Assembly (NCBI GenBank): GCA_049970015.1
Contig: JBMFNT010000019.1
Coordinates: 1 to 11,114, forward strand
From: Candidatus Micrarchaeia archaeon
GTDB lineage: Archaea; Micrarchaeota; Micrarchaeia; CAILAH01
Reading direction: 5' to 3'
Length of the DNA stretch: 11,114 bases
Shown here: positions 7,526-11,114 of the stretch, piece by piece
How positions within the stretch are numbered: position 1 is the first letter of the stretch
Layout: each line of letters opens with the position of its first letter
Program-made: the position numbers and the translations under genes
The notes under the pieces: generated by a model
What the model was told of the DNA's origin: nothing
Database searches by the model: none
Seen by the model: the letters and a program-made list of their open reading frames with translations, nothing else

Positions 7526-10342
7526 ATGAGCGGTGAGGTCGATATAAAGAAGGTTTCTGATTATGTATGGATGATTGACAGGAAGGAAGATATGAATGTC
7601 CCTGCAGTCATATATGCATCCGAGCATATGCTCGGTACGATGAAAAAGGATAGGACGATTGAGCAGCTGATCAATGTATCAACGCTCCCAGGGATAGTAC
7701 GGGCGGCATACCTCATGCCCGATGGTCACGAGGGATATGGGTTTCCCATAGGTGGCGTTGCTGCTTTTCGCGAAGATGATGGTATCGTCTCCCCCGGCGG
7801 GGTCGGATATGACATCAACTGCATCTTGCCGGGTACGCGCATATTGTCATCTTTTGGATTCTTTAGGCCTATTGAGGCATACTCAGAATATTTCTCAGAG
7901 GTTGTACAGTCCGGTGGGACAGTATTGCTTAGTGGCTCGCGGGAACTTATGGTCGGTTTGAAAACTGGCCGTGCCACTTTCTTCATGCACAAGGAATTTG
8001 AAGGCCAGGTGTACAATATTGAAACTCTGTCCGGAACGGTTGGAGTGACTCCAGACCACCCCATTATCACGCCCACAGGCAATAAGCTACCTACCGACCT
8101 TACCGAGGGCGACCTAGTCCTCACATATCCTTTTGAAGGTGTTGAATACGAGCAGTTCTGTGAGAATGAGGAAGAGATTGCCATATATGCAAGGCTTATA
8201 GGGTATTTGACTGGTGATGGCTCATTGACCTGCTCAAAGAGGAAGATGAGGACGATCTTCTTTGGCAAGAAAGAATACCTTGCAAAGATCAGGGATGATA
8301 TAGCTAAGCTAGGTTACCATTCACACCTTGTTGAAAGGACAAGAGCCCATTCGATAAATGGAAGGAGATTCACTACAACAAACGCCGAGCTTCATGTATA
8401 CTCGCAGCAGTTTGCGAGAAAGCTTGCTGAGCTTGGCGCGCCGGTAGGCAACAAGATAACAGTGCCGTTTAGGGTGCCTGCCTTTGTGCGCAACTCCCCA
8501 TTATGGATAAAGCGCCTCTACCTTGCAGCGCTGTTTAGTGCCGAGCTTTTCACGCATACAACTTCCTCAAAGACAGGGATTTATATGCCAGTGCTGAGCA
8601 TGGATAAGTTGATTCGACTTGAATCTAATGCGCGTGAATTCCTGCTTGACCTATCTGAATTGCTTAAGGAGTTTGATATTAATATTGCAAAAATCGTCAG
8701 AGTTAAGCGCATTGGCAACAATGTGCGCTTGAGGCTTGAGATAAGCGGTGATGATGAAAATCTGCTAAAATTATACAGCCGCATTGGCTATGAGTACAAC
8801 ACGGAGAGAATGGTTGCCGGCCTTGCAGCAATTCTTTACATCCGCATGAAAGCAAGGTACCGCACAAAACGTGAGGAGATCCGTGCAAGGGTTTGTGAAC
8901 TGAAAGCGAAGGGATTCAGGCTTAATGAGCTTCGGGACCGGTTTGTTTCTAAATGGGCGAATGCAATGTTCATAGAGCGTGCATATTACGGGAATAACAG
9001 TGCCCGTGCACCGTTATCAATACCCTCTTTTGATGAATTTCTTGCAATGCAGGTTGAGGCGTATCAGACATTTGGCGCACTGGTTGATGAAATCATAGGT
9101 ATCAAAAAAGCCAATTATAGCGGAAAGGTTTATGATTTTAATGTTGAATCATACCACAGGTTTGTGGCAAATGGAATTATTGTGTCAAATTGCGGTGTCC
9201 GCCTACTTAGAACTGATTTGTATTACAAGGATGTTGAGCCGAAACTTCATGAGCTTGTTAATAGAGTGTTTGACAATTGTCCTTCAGGTGTAGGCAGTGA
9301 GGGGAAGGTGAGGCTTGATAATAGGCAGCTGGGTGAGGTTCTTAGCCGTGGTGTTGATTGGGCAATAGAGAAGGGGTACGGATGGGATATTGACAAGGAA
9401 TATATTGAAGAAAACGGGTGTATGAAAGATAATGATCCTTCAAAAGTAAGTGATATGGCAATGAAAAGGGGTAGGCCACAATTGGGCACGGTCGGCTCAG
9501 GAAATCATTTCATAGAACTGCAAGAGGTGCAGGAGGTTTATAATGAAGACATTGCAAAAAAGTTTGGATTGTTCAAAGGACAGTTCGTGATAATGCTCCA
9601 CATGGGGTCGAGAGGGTTGGGCCACCAGGTAGCATCTGATTACATACGCATATTCAACAGTTATGCAGATAGGAATAACATACGGTTGAAAGATAGGGAG
9701 CTCATATATGCACATGTAAACTCACGTGAGGGTCAGGATTACATAAAAGCAATGAATTGTGCCGTGAACTATGCATTTGCAAACAGGCAGATGCTGACTC
9801 ATTGGGTGCGTGAGGCTGTTGGCACAGTGCTTGGGCAGGATCCTGAGAAGATGGGAATCCATGTAGTATATGATGTGTGCCATAACATTGCAAAGTATGA
9901 AGAGCATATGCTTGAGGATGGCAAGCGGGGTTTTGTGTGGGTGCACAGGAAAGGTGCAACGCGTGCAATGCCCGCTGGAAGGCCTGAAGTGCCTAAAGTG
10001 TATAGGGAAGTGGGACAGCCAGTCATAATCCCAGGGAGCATGGGCACGGCAAGCTATGTACTCGTAGGCACGAGAGAGTCTGCCCAGTCATTCCATTCAG
10101 TGTGCCACGGTGCAGGTAGGGTGATGAGCAGGCATGCCGCAATAAAACAGTATCCGGTGAACAAGGTTAAGGAAAACTTGGCAAAAAAAGGTGTATACAT
10201 AAAGACTACTGGCAAGGAGGTGATTTCCGAGGAAGCACCTGGTGCATACAAGAATATTGATGAGGTTATTGATAGCGTGTGCGGGGCCCACCTTGCGCTT
10301 GCAGTGGCGCGTATGATACCTCATGGTGTGATAAAAGGATGA
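7526..10342 (+). CDS. rtcB: RtcB tRNA-splicing (3'-phosphate/5'-OH RNA) ligase, intein-containing precursor (938 aa; 481 aa after splicing)
   Basis: MPDGHEGYGFPIGGV, GVGYDIN|C, QLGTVGSGNHF, HMGSRGLGHQ, DVCHN, HRKGATRA, PGSMGTAS, CHGAGR (guanylylated His) and EEAPGAYK motifs. Confidence 0.97.
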   Translation: MSGEVDIKKVSDYVWMIDRKEDMNVPAVIYASEHMLGTMKKDRTIEQLINVSTLPGIVRAAYLMPDGHEGYGFPIGGVAAFREDDGIVSPGGVGYDINCILPGTRILSSFGFFRPIEAYSEYFSEVVQSGGTVLLSGSRELMVGLKTGRATFFMHKEFEGQVYNIETLSGTVGVTPDHPIITPTGNKLPTDLTEGDLVLTYPFEGVEYEQFCENEEEIAIYARLIGYLTGDGSLTCSKRKMRTIFFGKKEYLAKIRDDIAKLGYHSHLVERTRAHSINGRRFTTTNAELHVYSQQFARKLAELGAPVGNKITVPFRVPAFVRNSPLWIKRLYLAALFSAELFTHTTSSKTGIYMPVLSMDKLIRLESNAREFLLDLSELLKEFDINIAKIVRVKRIGNNVRLRLEISGDDENLLKLYSRIGYEYNTERMVAGLAAILYIRMKARYRTKREEIRARVCELKAKGFRLNELRDRFVSKWANAMFIERAYYGNNSARAPLSIPSFDEFLAMQVEAYQTFGALVDEIIGIKKANYSGKVYDFNVESYHRFVANGIIVSNCGVRLLRTDLYYKDVEPKLHELVNRVFDNCPSGVGSEGKVRLDNRQLGEVLSRGVDWAIEKGYGWDIDKEYIEENGCMKDNDPSKVSDMAMKRGRPQLGTVGSGNHFIELQEVQEVYNEDIAKKFGLFKGQFVIMLHMGSRGLGHQVASDYIRIFNSYADRNNIRLKDRELIYAHVNSREGQDYIKAMNCAVNYAFANRQMLTHWVREAVGTVLGQDPEKMGIHVVYDVCHNIAKYEEHMLEDGKRGFVWVHRKGATRAMPAGRPEVPKVYREVGQPVIIPGSMGTASYVLVGTRESAQSFHSVCHGAGRVMSRHAAIKQYPVNKVKENLAKKGVYIKTTGKEVISEEAPGAYKNIDEVIDSVCGAHLALAVARMIPHGVIKG
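7820..9190 (+). mobile_element. Intein with LAGLIDADG (DOD) homing endonuclease domain, 457 aa (residues 99-555)
   Basis: Interrupts DIN|CGVRL. Block A CILPGTRI, block B TPDHPI, LAGLIDADG-like LIGYLTGDGS (8195-8224) and YLAALFSAEL (8519-8548), block F VYDFNV, terminal IVSN followed by Cys+1 at 9191. Confidence 0.95.
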
Positions 10343-10343
10343 A

Positions 10344-10925
10344 ATGGTGTGGCTAATGAATAAAACACCATACCTTACAGAAGATCTTAAGAGGCTTAGG
10401 CGAGGGGCAGCGGTAGTACTTCCAAAAGATTTTGGGACAGTTGTTGCATACACAGGAATAGGTAAGGAGAGTGTTGCTGCTGAAGCTGGGACGGGCACGG
10501 GATTTATGGCAGTACAGCTTTCGCGCATATGTTCAAAAGTATATTCATACGAAAACAGGGAGGATCATTACAAGATTGCAAAGTCCAACTTAGACAAACT
10601 TCACATAACTAATGTTGAGCTGAGGCTTGGTTCTATAGATGGCCTTGATGTTTATGACCTTGACCTGGTATTCCTTGATTTCAAAGGGTCTGATCAATAC
10701 GTTTCTAAAATGCATCTTCATATCAAGGATGGAGGGTTTTTGGTAGGCTACTGTCCTAACATTGAGCAGGCAAAGGTGTTCCATATTGCTGCTGTTAAGG
10801 CCGGTTATAAAGATGTATTCACTGTAACCTCTAATGTAACCGATTATGAGATTAGGGAGTTTGGATGCAGGCCAGTCAATTTAGGGTTATTGCACACAGC
10901 CTATCTTGTATTTGCAAGGAAGTAA
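10344..10925 (+). CDS. trmI: TrmI/Gcd14-like tRNA (adenine-N1)-methyltransferase, catalytic domain only
   Basis: LRRGAAVVLPKD, EAGTGTG (SAM motif I), YSYENREDH, DLVFLD, GGFLVGYCPNIEQ and RP...HTAYLVFARK match TrmI hallmarks. It starts 1 nt after the rtcB stop; ATG 10356 is an alternative start. Confidence 0.8.
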   Translation: MVWLMNKTPYLTEDLKRLRRGAAVVLPKDFGTVVAYTGIGKESVAAEAGTGTGFMAVQLSRICSKVYSYENREDHYKIAKSNLDKLHITNVELRLGSIDGLDVYDLDLVFLDFKGSDQYVSKMHLHIKDGGFLVGYCPNIEQAKVFHIAAVKAGYKDVFTVTSNVTDYEIREFGCRPVNLGLLHTAYLVFARK

Positions 10926-10931
10926 TTTTTT
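10926..10931 (+). terminator. Putative oligo-T terminator after trmI
   Basis: T6 run directly after the stop codon, inside a 10-bp inverted repeat. Confidence 0.35.
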
Positions 10932-11013
10932 ATCTTGCAAATATTTGCACTACATCACCATCCTGTAGCACATGGCCGAGCCCAACCCTCTGATTCTTGA
11001 ACTTTGCACTTTT
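10930..11013 (-). pseudogene. Duplicated 3'-end fragment of the DRG-family GTPase gene
   Basis: Translates as KSAKFKNQRVGLGHVLQDGDVVQIFAR*. It has no ATG of its own and lies 24 bp downstream of the stop of the other copy. Confidence 0.75.
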
Positions 11014-11037
11014 ACTGTTGGCCAATGCATTTGAAGT

Positions 11038-11114
11038 TTATCTTGCAAATATTTGTACCAGATCACCATCCTGTAGCACATGGCCGAGCCCAACCCTCTG
11101 ATTCTTGAACTTTG
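11038..11114 (-). CDS. C-terminus (TGS domain) of a DRG/Rbg-like OBG-family GTP-binding protein, partial
   Basis: Minus strand encodes ...KFKNQRVGLGHVLQDGDLVQIFAR*, matching the (S)AK(F/H)xxQRVGxxHxLxDxDxV end of DRG TGS domains. Too short for the ORF track. That an intact gene lies beyond the window is inferred. Confidence 0.8.
   Translation of the reverse strand, partial: KFKNQRVGLGHVLQDGDLVQIFAR

Larger units (their letters stand above)
10929..11114. repeat. Direct repeat with 108-bp period (10929-11006 vs 11037-11114; 75/78 identical; right copy cut by window end)
   Basis: tttatcttgcaaatatttg...attcttgaactttg occurs twice. The only differences are cactac versus taccag. Confidence 0.95.

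Noticed and set aside
7726..10784. Small alternative-frame and antisense ORFs within rtcB, the intein and trmI
   Set aside because: Fully overlap strongly supported genes and show no recognisable domains.
10929..11114. Repeat pair as a CRISPR array
   Set aside because: The repeated part is at least 78 bp, encodes a recognisable TGS-domain end, shows only two copies, and has no cas genes nearby.
10929..11114. Repeat pair as a diversity-generating retroelement template/variable repeat
   Set aside because: The three mismatches are not confined to adenines of one copy on either strand, and no reverse transcriptase is in the window.

Overview
Archaeal genomic window; the genes are archaeal-type, and a finer lineage cannot be assigned from sequence alone. 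From left to right it contains: (1) the 5' exon of a minus-strand tRNA-Ser(CGA), interrupted after position 37 by a GC-rich, internally repeated insert of at least 77 nt that runs off the window; (2) a minus-strand four-gene MacB/LolCDE-type ABC operon (ATPase, membrane-anchored COG1361/S-layer-like protein, two paralogous permeases); (3) a divergent thermosome (group II chaperonin); (4) a convergent PrsW-family intramembrane protease; (5) an RtcB tRNA-splicing ligase with a 457-aa LAGLIDADG intein inserted just before its metal-binding Cys; (6) a short TrmI-like tRNA m1A methyltransferase that lacks the usual N-terminal domain; (7) the 3' end of a DRG/OBG-family GTPase (TGS domain), whose last ~27 codons are duplicated in tandem with a 108-bp period. 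The least explained items are the repeat-built tRNA insert, the duplicated GTPase 3' end, the intein's atypical motifs and the truncated TrmI. No clearly new multi-gene system is demonstrable from this window.
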